From Spirochaetia bacterium (lineage in GTDB: Bacteria > Spirochaetota > Spirochaetia > CAKZLE01), in the NCBI GenBank assembly GCA_963677595.1, contig OY782041.1, positions 608,001 through 672,000 on the forward strand: a stretch of DNA of 64,000 bases, in the 5' to 3' direction. The first letter of the stretch is position 1; every line of letters begins with the position of its first letter. The notes under the pieces were generated by a model, which was not told the DNA's origin, ran no database searches, and saw only the letters and a list, made by a program, of their open reading frames with translations. The position numbers and the translations under genes were made by a program. Shown here piece by piece: positions 46,439-57,018 of this stretch.

Positions 46439-47938
46439 TCACTCAAGTCCGAGTCGTTCAAACTGTTCTTTGGGACTATCATGTTCAGTCAGAGCCTTTT
46501 TCATGAGGTTCTTCATATAGGCTTCGACAGCTGGATCTTCTATCTCGATGTTCTGCTCATAGTCTTTCTTCAAATCGAATAGATGATTTGAACTATGATA
46601 AGAAGTTCTCAGATCGAAACGCTGGGATACATTCCTGAAATTGAAATTCTCCCCAGCAATTGCATACACTGGGAAATCAGTCCAGGAGAGGAACTGACCC
46701 ATGCTGATGTTACTATAGTCACCGATGCTCTCACCGCCTATATACTGATTCAGGGTTGTCGGCATCGATGTGTACAGGTTCAGAGGGGTATTGTCAGCCT
46801 TATCGGGACATTTGAAATACGTATATCGACCATCGGTAATATTCATGCTCTGCCCGAACAAACCATACAATACATAATCCCGCAAAGAATCTTCACTTTC
46901 ATCTATCAGCGGGAACAGATTCTTTCCATGGATCTGATTCGAGAACTCATCTTCATGTATTCCATGATGTGAGGCAATTGTCGGGAATAGATCGATATTC
47001 TGTGTCAGCGCGTCAATGCGTTTTTCGGTCTTCTGTCCCGGCACATGGATGAATAACGGAATATGATAGACTTCATTATATGCAGACATATAGTTCTTCG
47101 CCATCAAGCCATGCTCTCCAAGCATATATCCATGGTCAGTGGTGAAGATGATCAACGTATCATCCCATCTGTTCTGCCTGTCTATGATATCCAGTACCTT
47201 TCCTATCCATGTATCAGACATAGACAAGGTCGCAGCGTATCTGTTCCTGATGTGTTTGAGATCTGCCTCGGTACCTGTGAATGGAGCATATTCCGGCCAG
47301 GTAAACAGTTCATCCTCGTACGCGTCATCGTACAGATCCAGAAACTCCTTCGGTGTATCAAACGGCTCATGAGGATCGAATCCCTCTATCCAGAGAAGGT
47401 AATCGTCCTCATCCCCATGCCGTTCGAGCCAGCTTGCTGCAGCCTGGAATGTTTTCGGCGTGGTGAAATCCGAATCCTTCTCAAAGGCTTTACTGTTCTC
47501 ATGATAGAACTCATCATACCGCCCTTTGTGAGCCGGTGTTGAGAAACCCGCAGGGGACCATTCAAGACTGTCATGCTCCTGCCCCCTGAAACATTCCCAC
47601 GTATCAAATGACTGGCAGTACCCCTCTCCGCCTGTTTCCAAATAGTGATAATGGTCGGTGACCATATGAGAACGAACAGATTTCTTTCTCAATAAACCAG
47701 GGAGCATACAGTCAAAAGCTTCTACGGGACCCCAGTTCCTTTCCAGGAAATTCAAGCGGCCGGTGAACATATCTCTACGAGCCGGCATGCATGGTGCTGA
47801 CCCAGTCCAGTGATTGTCGAATATGTATGAACAGCTCTGAATGCGTTCAAGATTAGGAGTGCTGGTGAAAGCATCGTCATTGTATGTTTTCAAAAACCGT
47901 CTATTCACGCTGTCATTGAGTATAACTATAGTTCTCAT
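46439..47938 (-). CDS. Sulfatase (Cys-type)
   Basis: CMPARR formylglycine motif, FDPHEPF and TTDHG. Confidence 0.9.
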   Translation of the reverse strand: MRTIVILNDSVNRRFLKTYNDDAFTSTPNLERIQSCSYIFDNHWTGSAPCMPARRDMFTGRLNFLERNWGPVEAFDCMLPGLLRKKSVRSHMVTDHYHYLETGGEGYCQSFDTWECFRGQEHDSLEWSPAGFSTPAHKGRYDEFYHENSKAFEKDSDFTTPKTFQAAASWLERHGDEDDYLLWIEGFDPHEPFDTPKEFLDLYDDAYEDELFTWPEYAPFTGTEADLKHIRNRYAATLSMSDTWIGKVLDIIDRQNRWDDTLIIFTTDHGYMLGEHGLMAKNYMSAYNEVYHIPLFIHVPGQKTEKRIDALTQNIDLFPTIASHHGIHEDEFSNQIHGKNLFPLIDESEDSLRDYVLYGLFGQSMNITDGRYTYFKCPDKADNTPLNLYTSMPTTLNQYIGGESIGDYSNISMGQFLSWTDFPVYAIAGENFNFRNVSQRFDLRTSYHSSNHLFDLKKDYEQNIEIEDPAVEAYMKNLMKKALTEHDSPKEQFERLGLE

Positions 47939-47955
47939 TGATATTTATCTCCGGT

Positions 47956-49167
47956 TCAAACGGTAAAATTCATATATTTATTGAACACGAGTGCCGCCCC
48001 GCCCTGGATCATCTTCTCTCCTCCCAGCGTTAACCAGGTAGTTGAAAGATCCATGTCCGGATAGTATCCGGAGTTCTGATCTATATGCTGAATGATATCT
48101 TCGAACATTTCCCTGAATTTGAATGCCATTCTCCCGCAAAAAATAAGCTCCTCGGGTCTCAGCAGATATATGTAATTTCCCAGAGCTGCGACATATGCTT
48201 CCTTGAACTCTTCCAGGATATAGGTGATTTGGGCTCCATTCTGTTCTGATTCCAGTGCTCTTGAGATCATCTCCAGATCAGAGGAGAACGTCCAGGGAGC
48301 TTCCCTGAACCTTGTTTCATCCTCGATTCTTGAGAACTCACCTGTGTCAATAAACGGTTCCAGATTTCTCCTGAGAGAAGATATGGTCCCATACGTATGA
48401 AGGCATCCACGACGCCCGCACACACAAGGAGCTGCCTTGAAGTTTATGACCTGATGAGCCAATAGGAAACTCTGGTCCCGATGTATCACATTCGACTTTC
48501 CCCTGTTGTAGAGCGATTGCCCAATACCTGAATCCAGCCATAATAACCCAATGTCCTTATTGAGATCATGATCCTGGAAAAGCAGTTCCCCCATCAGGAT
48601 CGTTTCCGCGAAATAATCTATGGTAACCGGCGATTTAATGGTATCCTCAAGCATGTCTGCGATCGGGATATTGCGCCACCCGGATAGTTGTTCCGGAACA
48701 AGAATCGTTCTGCAATCATTATCCAGGGGACCGACCACCCCTATCCCCGTTCCGAGAATCTTCTCTTTGTCGATGGTACTGCTCAGCTTCTTCCAGGCCT
48801 CTCCAATAAACCTGATAGCCTCTTCCGGCGTTCTATGATCGCTATACAACCCCTCAATGGACTCAAGGACCTGTCCCCCAATATTACACAGTCCAATACC
48901 TAACACATCACCGTTCAGATACACTCCCAATGCATATGCGGCTTCCGGGTTAATACTGTATTCACCAGCCTTCCTTCCGCTTCCCTTACTGCCTGTGATC
49001 AATCCCGCTTTCTCCAATTCTACAATGAAGCGATTGATATTCGTTAGGGATCCCCCAAGAGCCTTGACGATTGCACTTTTTGAGATTGGGCCCTTCTGGT
49101 GTATCAGCAGATATACTGATTTCTCCGTGACCCTGAATTCATTGATCTCACTGAACTTTCTAAACAT
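47956..49167 (-). CDS. ROK family transcriptional regulator
   Basis: N-terminal HTH (GPISKSAI), GIGVVGP and CVCGRRGCL Zn motif. Confidence 0.88.
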   Translation of the reverse strand: MFRKFSEINEFRVTEKSVYLLIHQKGPISKSAIVKALGGSLTNINRFIVELEKAGLITGSKGSGRKAGEYSINPEAAYALGVYLNGDVLGIGLCNIGGQVLESIEGLYSDHRTPEEAIRFIGEAWKKLSSTIDKEKILGTGIGVVGPLDNDCRTILVPEQLSGWRNIPIADMLEDTIKSPVTIDYFAETILMGELLFQDHDLNKDIGLLWLDSGIGQSLYNRGKSNVIHRDQSFLLAHQVINFKAAPCVCGRRGCLHTYGTISSLRRNLEPFIDTGEFSRIEDETRFREAPWTFSSDLEMISRALESEQNGAQITYILEEFKEAYVAALGNYIYLLRPEELIFCGRMAFKFREMFEDIIQHIDQNSGYYPDMDLSTTWLTLGGEKMIQGGAALVFNKYMNFTV

Positions 49168-49170
49168 GTA

Positions 49171-50694
49171 TTACCCTTCCATTGGTGAAACTCTTTTCGT
49201 CTCTTTTTTACTACCATCTGAATGCTTCAATGTAAACCATAATGACCCTGCAATCATAAGCACATTGATAATGATGAGAATCAACGATACAGGCCTCTGA
49301 AAAAATATCATGATCCCATCCTGCGAAAGAAGCAGGGACCGCCTGAAATTATTCTCAAGTAAAGGCCCCAGGATCATCCCGATGACAATCGGGGCAAGTG
49401 GGTATTCGGCAAGTCGAAAGAGTATCCCTACAAGACCGAAAGCAAGCATCACCCAGAGATCAAAGACAGAAGCCTGAAGGGCAAAAGTCCCTATGGCACA
49501 TAGTAACAAGACGATCGGAATGAGGAATGATTTCCTGATTCGCAGCACATAGATGAACAGGGGGGTTGCCAGGATACCGATGATCAATAAAAAGATATTT
49601 GAAGAGAGATATACGAGGAACACCCCTCCCACGATATCCTGGTGATGTTCAAACAGTGTCGGTCCCGGGAAGAATCCCAATATAAGTAAGGCTCCCATCA
49701 GAACAGCGGATGTTGCATCTCCAGGAATACCTAGTGCCAGCGTTGGTATGAGTGTCCCACCGACTGTGGCATTGTTGGCGCTCTCTGTGGTTACCACGCC
49801 ACCTGCCTCTCCTTCCCCATAGTGTTCATGGGGCTTAGCTAAAGCCTTCGAAAGAGCATACGCCGTGAAGGAGCTTATTACCCCTCCTGCACCGGGAAGC
49901 GACCCGAAAAAAGCCCCGATAATCGACGATCGTATGAGGTTTCCCCAGTGTTTCAGGACGAGGATTACTGACTTGAAACTAGCGGTGAATATCTGTATCT
50001 CAGGTTTCTTATTCAGGTCTTTACCCATTATCTGGAACACCATCTCCGAGATCGCGAACAGCCCCACGACTACAGCAACAATGTGAAACCCATTCAACAT
50101 CTGGTACGACCCGAATGTGAATCTATAGCCGGTAGAGAACTCATCCGTACCTATGGTTGCAAGCAGCAAGCCGAAACATCCTGCTAGAAGCCCTTTGATC
50201 AGCGACCCCTTGGAAATGACCGATATAGCAATCAGCCCGGTAACTGCAAGGGCTGTATATTCTGGCGGAGCAAACCGGCTGGCAAATTTCGCAAGGAGGG
50301 GAGCGAACAGTATCAGGATGACACCGCCTAGCAGACCTCCGATGGATGAAGCTGAGATCGCTATGCCAACGGCATCGGAGGCTCTGCCTTTCTGAGCCAT
50401 CGGATACCCGTCCAGCAGCGTCGCTGCAGCAAGGGGAGTACCGGGGATCCTCAATAAGATTGCAGAGATGGACCCTCCACACGAACCGCCGACGAATATG
50501 GCAATCAAAAAGCCCATTGCAGCTACAGGAGGTTGGGTAACTGCAACGGGGAGCATAAGTATTATACCCATCAGAGGACCAAGCCCAGGAAGTGCCCCAA
50601 CGATAAGACCGAAGATGACCCCTAACAAGGTAAGAGTAATTGAGAGGGGTGAGAAGAACAGGGATAATCCTGCACCAAGTGATGTTACTAACAT
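49171..50694 (-). CDS. tctA: Tripartite tricarboxylate transporter large subunit
   Basis: GALPGLG, IPGTP..AAT.LDGYPMA, ESANNA and LGIPGD motifs; start MLVTS. Confidence 0.92.
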   Translation of the reverse strand: MLVTSLGAGLSLFFSPLSITLTLLGVIFGLIVGALPGLGPLMGIILMLPVAVTQPPVAAMGFLIAIFVGGSCGGSISAILLRIPGTPLAAATLLDGYPMAQKGRASDAVGIAISASSIGGLLGGVILILFAPLLAKFASRFAPPEYTALAVTGLIAISVISKGSLIKGLLAGCFGLLLATIGTDEFSTGYRFTFGSYQMLNGFHIVAVVVGLFAISEMVFQIMGKDLNKKPEIQIFTASFKSVILVLKHWGNLIRSSIIGAFFGSLPGAGGVISSFTAYALSKALAKPHEHYGEGEAGGVVTTESANNATVGGTLIPTLALGIPGDATSAVLMGALLILGFFPGPTLFEHHQDIVGGVFLVYLSSNIFLLIIGILATPLFIYVLRIRKSFLIPIVLLLCAIGTFALQASVFDLWVMLAFGLVGILFRLAEYPLAPIVIGMILGPLLENNFRRSLLLSQDGIMIFFQRPVSLILIIINVLMIAGSLWFTLKHSDGSKKETKRVSPMEG

Positions 50695-50705
50695 ATCAGT
50701 CCTTC

Positions 50706-51218
50706 CTACCAGGGTATATTCAGCTTGAATATTCCGCCAGGCAGTACAATCTTTAAGAATGATTCGAATACAAAAGCCAGTAAAAAAGTGGTTATAATAC
50801 TTGTCAATACGATCTGAACAGGTTTTCTCAGACCGGATACACAAATGATTCCAGCCAGCATCAGAGGCGTTGCTATATAGTATCCTAAAAACCCAAGCGC
50901 CCATAAATATGCTGCGAAGATCGCGAGAAGCGATACCGGCCGAATCAGGTTTGAGAGAGTGTGTGTAGTGCTCACTTCACTGCTCTGACGGCTCTCCGCT
51001 CTGATGCTATGGGTAACAAACCGCAAGATAAGCAGAATGATCAAGAAGACGCTAATAATTATAGCAATGGCTCTTGGATATGCTGCGGCATTATTATACG
51101 GACCGCCAGAAGCAATACCACTCTCTGTCATATCTGTCATGATTTGTTGAAACACAATGATCACTACTACTGCAAAGAAGAGTACGACCAACCATTCTGC
51201 CAACTTGCGACTATTCAT
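50706..51218 (-). CDS. tctB: Tripartite tricarboxylate transporter small subunit
   Basis: 4-5 TM segments, AAAYPR and F...L.LP.G ending; lies between tctC and tctA. Confidence 0.85.
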   Translation of the reverse strand: MNSRKLAEWLVVLFFAVVVIIVFQQIMTDMTESGIASGGPYNNAAAYPRAIAIIISVFLIILLILRFVTHSIRAESRQSSEVSTTHTLSNLIRPVSLLAIFAAYLWALGFLGYYIATPLMLAGIICVSGLRKPVQIVLTSIITTFLLAFVFESFLKIVLPGGIFKLNIPW

Positions 51219-51236
51219 GTATCACCCTACCCTTAA

Positions 51237-52250
51237 TTAAAGTTTACTTAATTCAGCCTGCTCCCACTTGAGAGCATTCCCCATACTGACCAGTTGATCA
51301 TAGACAGAGCTTACGATCTCTTCGTATTGCTCATCACCCCACTCAAGCGGCACAAACCCCAGATTCTCAATCTTGGTCCGTACATCCTCTCTTGCCATGA
51401 CTTTGTCCATAGCAGTCCTCAATACCTCGGTCACGTCATCAGGAGTATCCTTTCTCACCAGCCACCAATTCCAACCCATAGGTCCTAAATTTGATAATCC
51501 AAGATCGATATCAAGGTCTGCGAAGCTTGGAGCCCCATCGAAAGTAGCTTTTGCCCCGGGAAGCTCAGACAAGACCAACAGCACTTTCAGGCTCTCTTTG
51601 TCTGTGAGATAGTTGCCAACATTAAGATACGCGAAATCGAGCACACCAGCTTTCAGGTCTTTGTCTGAATCACCTGCAACCGTATATGGGATCTGCTGTG
51701 CAACCACACCATAAGTCTGCAGTATTTTAGCAATGACCATATGCGGAAGATTATTACGTGAACCAGTCGAATACCTGAGTTCACCAGGATGGGCCTTCCC
51801 ATATTCCATCATCTCCTCAAAGGTATTCCACCTGGTCTCATTCACATTGCATGCAATTGAGAATGCATTGGATGCAGCAGAATGCAGCGGCTTGAAATCA
51901 TCATAACTCCAGTCTGCATTGCCAAGAATCGGTTGCAGAACGAGGGGAGCAACGTATCCATCGATAATGGCATACCCATCTGCAGGTTTGTTCATTGCAG
52001 TCTGAAACGCCTTTGTTCCTGAAGCACCAGGCGTGGAGATGACAGTCATAGAGACTCCCAGCTCTTCACCCATCGCAGCTGCAATGATCTGGCTGACAGA
52101 CATCGAGGACCCAGGCCCCCAGGGGAATATGTTCTCGATTGTCCTGACTGGGAAATCGATACCCTCCGACTCACTGGAACCATTTGCGAAAACTGATACA
52201 GCCGAAAGACATACCATCGCAACGACCAGAATCATTAATCCTTTTTTCAT
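51237..52250 (-). CDS. tctC: Tripartite tricarboxylate transporter substrate-binding protein
   Basis: Signal peptide, FPVRTI..IFPWGPG, PGASG, PADGY and KDTPDDV motifs. Confidence 0.87.
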   Translation of the reverse strand: MKKGLMILVVAMVCLSAVSVFANGSSESEGIDFPVRTIENIFPWGPGSSMSVSQIIAAAMGEELGVSMTVISTPGASGTKAFQTAMNKPADGYAIIDGYVAPLVLQPILGNADWSYDDFKPLHSAASNAFSIACNVNETRWNTFEEMMEYGKAHPGELRYSTGSRNNLPHMVIAKILQTYGVVAQQIPYTVAGDSDKDLKAGVLDFAYLNVGNYLTDKESLKVLLVLSELPGAKATFDGAPSFADLDIDLGLSNLGPMGWNWWLVRKDTPDDVTEVLRTAMDKVMAREDVRTKIENLGFVPLEWGDEQYEEIVSSVYDQLVSMGNALKWEQAELSKL

Positions 52251-52344
52251 CTTCTACTCCTTTGATAGTCAATGTTATTCATCAAACACTATTAGAAGAT
52301 CCCCATAGCTGATTATACACCGATTAATAGGTTTGTTGACTTTT

Positions 52345-52369
52345 TTTGTTAACCAATTTAGTTATCTAA
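52345..52369. promoter_or_regulatory. Candidate ROK operator (copy 1)
   Basis: TTTGTTAAC-N7-GTTATCTAA, with identical arms at 53470-53494. Confidence 0.55.
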
Positions 52370-52414
52370 ATAGCATTACAGCATTTCCTCTTACCTGCAA
52401 GAAGAACCCAGCCA

Positions 52415-53308
52415 TTACTCCGAACCTGCATAGAACTTCAGGTAATCCTCCAGATGCGCATTCCAATACTCCCTGCTATGGGTACCTTCGTTAAGATAAT
52501 ATTGCGACTCGACTTGTCTGTCCTGCAACAACGAATACAAGGCTGCCGTACCGTTGAAGAACCCCCAATCGTCCTCACTGCCACAATCCAGATATACAGA
52601 CAGGTTCGAGATATCCGTAACCTGGGCTATTCTCAGAGGATCCCGCAGGCTCCCAAGTTCTTCGTCAGGATATAATATCCCATTAAACGCCACACTCGTT
52701 TTGTCAGTGGCATCTTCAAGAAAGAGTGCCGGACTATGTCCACCTACCTTGCTGAATAGATCCGTATGCAGGAATGCGCTATGGAGTGCAGCCAAGCCAC
52801 CCAACGAGCAGCCTCCGATATACCGGCTTTCTCTGCGTGCATCTGTGGAATAAGACGCATCAATATGCCCTACAAGATCTGTGACAATATAGTCTTCATA
52901 TTGACCACGGGTCACACCCTTTTCATCATACGGTTCAACAGGAGTATCCGACGGAGCAAACCAATTGAAACCTGCACTGTTATCAACATCAGGTGTGACA
53001 ATAATCATTGGGGTCATAGTACCTGAGAGTACCAACTCTCTAGCCTTTTTGAAGAGATCATTTGTCGTCCAGGCATCTTCATCCCCTGTCCTGCCATGCA
53101 GCATATACAACACAGGGTATTCCTGTTGACTGCTGTAGCCTGGGGGAAAGAAGATATTATAGTTTTTATACACCCCTAAGCTCTCACTATAGAATGATGC
53201 TTTTTGCTCCAAAACTGTATAATACGGTTTTCTCTCGACAACTCCTTCCGCAAACAACCCGACAACCAGCTGCATCAACACCAGAAATACAATCACTCTT
53301 TTTCTCAT
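52415..53308 (-). CDS. Secreted putative esterase (alpha/beta hydrolase, Fes/XynZ-like)
   Basis: Signal peptide, YPVLYMLHG, GCSLGG nucleophile, DCGSED and GTHS..YW motifs. Confidence 0.87.
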   Translation of the reverse strand: MRKRVIVFLVLMQLVVGLFAEGVVERKPYYTVLEQKASFYSESLGVYKNYNIFFPPGYSSQQEYPVLYMLHGRTGDEDAWTTNDLFKKARELVLSGTMTPMIIVTPDVDNSAGFNWFAPSDTPVEPYDEKGVTRGQYEDYIVTDLVGHIDASYSTDARRESRYIGGCSLGGLAALHSAFLHTDLFSKVGGHSPALFLEDATDKTSVAFNGILYPDEELGSLRDPLRIAQVTDISNLSVYLDCGSEDDWGFFNGTAALYSLLQDRQVESQYYLNEGTHSREYWNAHLEDYLKFYAGSE

Positions 53309-53469
53309 TTCCCAATTCTCCTCCTTTTTGAAAAACGTGAATATTCAAACGCACCAATCCGGCACATTCTTCAAGAGTCTATGTGTTAATCTCGATTCGG
53401 CCGATGAAACACACTGTGACAGTGTTTATCTAATAATCCTTGAGGGCTTCATCAGTACCTCAATTGTTG

Positions 53470-53494
53470 TTTGTTAACTTTTTTGGTTATCTAA
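53470..53494. promoter_or_regulatory. Candidate ROK operator (copy 2)
   Basis: TTTGTTAAC-TTTTTTG-GTTATCTAA upstream of the esterase gene. Confidence 0.55.
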
Positions 53495-53949
53495 TACGAT
53501 ATTAAACCAACATATTTCTGCTGTCAAGAAATTTTTCCAACTTTATCAACCTTTTTTGTCAGCTAAAACATATCAGACTTGATTCCCCTACCAAACATTC
53601 ACATAACACGCGTCTATCGAGAATCCGGTATATCACTTTTGATCTTGTACTGCCATCCTCGAAAAGAGTTCCACGTACACATTGGGTCTTATGGGAATAC
53701 AGCCAGACTCTAACACCCCCGTGATTATTCGACCCATCCGATTGATAATCAGGACGATGCTCGGTACGAGTGGAATAGAGTGGATGCTTTTACAGATATG
53801 TATCAGAATACTCAATAAGCATGTGAACCCAACTATACTAGGCAATTAGAATTGCCACCAAGTTTCCAAATAGTTAATTCACCATGCATACAGAGAACAA
53901 GAAATATAGACCCGCATATGTCTACTGCATTGAGATCACAATCAATTGC

Positions 53950-54831
53950 TTAGTTATGATCCTCTAATTCAAATACTCGTTTAAGGAAATCAACAATCCG
54001 ATTCAATGTTATTGACCGATCAGGCTCCTTGTTAAACCAACCATGCGGCTTCCCTGAATATATTTCCAATTCCGTATACGTCCCGAGTTCAGAAAGCACC
54101 TCTGCATACTCTATCGACTGACTGCAGGGAGAGCACTCATCCCCTCCCCCATGAAGCAATAACGTAGGAGGTGTTCTTGAAGCCGCTTTATGGAAAGGAG
54201 ATATCTCTTTAAATTTCTCAGGTGATACTTCATACCGTTCTCCAACAAGTGCCTCAATAGCATCAGTGAGGCGATCCTCTTCAATCAGCTTGAGAATATT
54301 GTATTCTCCATTAAGGAATATTGCAGCATTCGGTCTTGCTGAAATCGTATCAGACATAGCTGTCCCGCTTAACATCGTCAAAGCTGCTAAGTGGGCACCA
54401 GATGATCCTCCGCAAATGGCTATCTTCTCAGGATCTATACCAAATCGCTCTTGATTTGTTCGTAGCCATCTAACGGCTGAGTGGACATCGTGAAGGGGTG
54501 CCGGGAAACAGGCTTCTTCGCTGAGACGATAATCAAGATTCAAGGAAATGATACCTAACTGCTCTGCTAGAGCTTTTGATTGGAAATAGAACTGGGAAGG
54601 AGATCCGAAACGCCAACTGCCTCCATGTAAAAAAACAATTGCCGGTTTCTTTGATTTCTCCTGATACATTTTTGGGAGAAACAGATCTCCATATACAGCT
54701 CGACCGAAATCACCTTTCTCACGTACAACCTGCCGAGGACAAAAGAGTACAGAAGCCCCTGCTTGGAAGAAGACGGCAGCTTCTATGTTTTCGACTTCAG
54801 AAGAAATCTTTGTAACTCTGTTTATCCTCAT
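53950..54831 (-). CDS. Alpha/beta hydrolase (HSL/BD-FAE-like esterase)
   Basis: HGGSW, DYRLS, GGSSGAH, HGGGD and KPHGW motifs. Confidence 0.88.
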   Translation of the reverse strand: MRINRVTKISSEVENIEAAVFFQAGASVLFCPRQVVREKGDFGRAVYGDLFLPKMYQEKSKKPAIVFLHGGSWRFGSPSQFYFQSKALAEQLGIISLNLDYRLSEEACFPAPLHDVHSAVRWLRTNQERFGIDPEKIAICGGSSGAHLAALTMLSGTAMSDTISARPNAAIFLNGEYNILKLIEEDRLTDAIEALVGERYEVSPEKFKEISPFHKAASRTPPTLLLHGGGDECSPCSQSIEYAEVLSELGTYTELEIYSGKPHGWFNKEPDRSITLNRIVDFLKRVFELEDHN

Positions 54832-54866
54832 GATCTATGCCTATTCTATATATGAAGTCCAATCTG

Positions 54867-55925
54867 CTAGAGAGAAGGGAATACTGTTCCCTTGACTCCC
54901 TCTTTAAGAAGAATATGATGATCAGTGAATATCGTCTTTCCGGCAGGTTCCTGCACATTTATCATGAATTCAAACAGAGTCATAACAGAGCGATACCCCA
55001 CTTCAATCGGGTTGTACCAGACTGCGCAATGAACTCTATTCTTCATCATAGCCTCATGAACTGACGGGGAATAGAACGTTGTGACAGTCTTTACCGTCTC
55101 AGCTTCTTTTGTCTCCTCCAAGGCGCGCAAGCCTCCAGAAAGGACCGCGGTTGTAAAGAACACAGCATCAATATCATGATGCTTTTCCAAGGTTTTCTTG
55201 ACTAGGCCATAGTTGGTAAACTCATCATTCTGAAGCTGAACGATTTCCCTGATTGAAATCCTCGGATACTCTTCTGATAAGCACTGGTCCAGACCTTCAA
55301 TAACCTTTTCATGACTCAATAGGTTCAAGGATGGTGTGAATACTATCAGATCACCTTTCCCATCCAAGAGAAGCCCAAATAGGTTAGCAGCAAGCCGCCC
55401 TTGAAGAACTCTATCATGTCCTACATGACAGAGGCAGTCCGGGTTTTCAGGATTACCACCTAGAAGAACAAGCGTGATCCCGTTATCGTACAGCTCCTTA
55501 AGTTTCTGATCCACAATGGGATCATTAATAGGCACAACTACCATGTCCGTGATATCATCCTCAAGCAGGGCATCGATCATACGAACCTGGTCGAGTGCGT
55601 TGAAGTCGGTTCCCTCTTTGATAACCACATCTACCCCGAAATCTTTGATCTCTTCTGCAGCTTTTTTTACTCCCTGGAGAATAAAATCATGATAATCATT
55701 ATGCTGGACATGAAGAACAAACCCAATTTTCCTGTTCTTATTGCGGGTAGCTAATGACTTCGCCACCATATTGGGAGTATAATTCAGAGCTTTCGCTATT
55801 TCGAGAATGCGTTTCTTAACCCCCGGATCAATACGTCCCCGGTTGTTCAGAGCCCTGTCCACTGTCCCCCTGGAGACGTTGGCTAGTTCAGAAATTTGCT
55901 TTATTGTAACGCCCATGTATTCCAC
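54867..55925 (-). CDS. LacI family transcriptional regulator
   Basis: TIKQISELANVSRGTVDRALNNR...YTPN HTH plus periplasmic-binding-like core. Confidence 0.92.
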   Translation of the reverse strand: MEYMGVTIKQISELANVSRGTVDRALNNRGRIDPGVKKRILEIAKALNYTPNMVAKSLATRNKNRKIGFVLHVQHNDYHDFILQGVKKAAEEIKDFGVDVVIKEGTDFNALDQVRMIDALLEDDITDMVVVPINDPIVDQKLKELYDNGITLVLLGGNPENPDCLCHVGHDRVLQGRLAANLFGLLLDGKGDLIVFTPSLNLLSHEKVIEGLDQCLSEEYPRISIREIVQLQNDEFTNYGLVKKTLEKHHDIDAVFFTTAVLSGGLRALEETKEAETVKTVTTFYSPSVHEAMMKNRVHCAVWYNPIEVGYRSVMTLFEFMINVQEPAGKTIFTDHHILLKEGVKGTVFPSL

Positions 55926-55980
55926 CTAACACATTTGAATCTATTGTAGAAAAAACTCTAATCTCACTCAACCCTGCAGT

Positions 55981-57018
55981 TCAGTTCTTTCTCGAACGAA
56001 ACAGCTGATTACGAAATCGCTTTGATAATACTTCTTGTCCGTTTGCGTCGGGATGCAATCCATCGGGAAGATACTGTAAATCTTCAGGCCCAAACAGATC
56101 CAACCCGTTAATATAATAAATAGATGAATCACCATGCTTCCTGAAAAGTTGGACAACCCCTTCAAGAACAGACCTCATTTCAACCAGAGACATTCCCTCT
56201 TCATTGTACCTCTTTTCCTCACGTTCAGGACAGAAGATCGGAGATATAATATACAATGGTGTGTATGGATGTCTTTGTCGGATAATCTCAATGAAGCCAA
56301 TGGTATTCGGCGAAAACATCCTTCTGCCAAGCCTGCCGGGGTATGTGTTTATCCCAAGTTCGCACGTGATGATGTCTGCCTGCAGATCCCTGAGAAGCAG
56401 TCCCACCATGGGCTCGATCAAGCAGTTAGCTCCAAAACCAAGATTCGTTAGATGAAGATCTTCCAATCGAGCCACCATAGCTGTCCAAGTCCTTGATGGT
56501 GAGGCAGCACTCCTTGATTGACTGATCGAACTCCCATAATGAATCCAGCGCTGTTGATGCTGTCGCGTCACCTCCACACTACTTTCGGACGTAATCCATA
56601 TCCCCTTTACCCGGCACTTAAAACGCGGATCCAACCAAATCTCTACGGCTTTTTGCTTAGAACCCAAATCTGCAAATAAGAATGAATTATTATCTTGCTG
56701 CAGGGTTTTCGTTCCCTGATTCACCCCATCACTGTATAAATCAACACGCATAGCTGAATCTGGATCATCAAGTTCAAGTTCCAGGATCTCCGAATCTGTT
56801 AGGAGACAGATCCTGACTCCTGAAGCCTGGGCAGGAGTCGGATCACTCCACCCCGGACAGATATCATCCTGCAGGAAGGGGAAAAAATCCCTTCTTCCAA
56901 AGTCTATTCTCCATGGAGCAACCCATTCTTCTGCAACCTCTACAGAAACGGCTCCCTCAAATGTGTACAATCCCTCACTGCAGCTTATGAACCGTTTTGA
57001 TGCCATTTTATCACTCAA
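55981..57018 (-). CDS. SGNH/GDSL hydrolase family protein
   Basis: YGSSISQ, NLGFG, GIN and DGLHP blocks. Confidence 0.87.
   Translation of the reverse strand: MSDKMASKRFISCSEGLYTFEGAVSVEVAEEWVAPWRIDFGRRDFFPFLQDDICPGWSDPTPAQASGVRICLLTDSEILELELDDPDSAMRVDLYSDGVNQGTKTLQQDNNSFLFADLGSKQKAVEIWLDPRFKCRVKGIWITSESSVEVTRQHQQRWIHYGSSISQSRSAASPSRTWTAMVARLEDLHLTNLGFGANCLIEPMVGLLLRDLQADIITCELGINTYPGRLGRRMFSPNTIGFIEIIRQRHPYTPLYIISPIFCPEREEKRYNEEGMSLVEMRSVLEGVVQLFRKHGDSSIYYINGLDLFGPEDLQYLPDGLHPDANGQEVLSKRFRNQLFRSRKN

Noticed and set aside
53633-53845. 70-aa ORF in the 640-bp intergenic region of the island
   Set aside because: It has no RBS or recognisable motif. It may be decayed sequence, but I cannot support a call.
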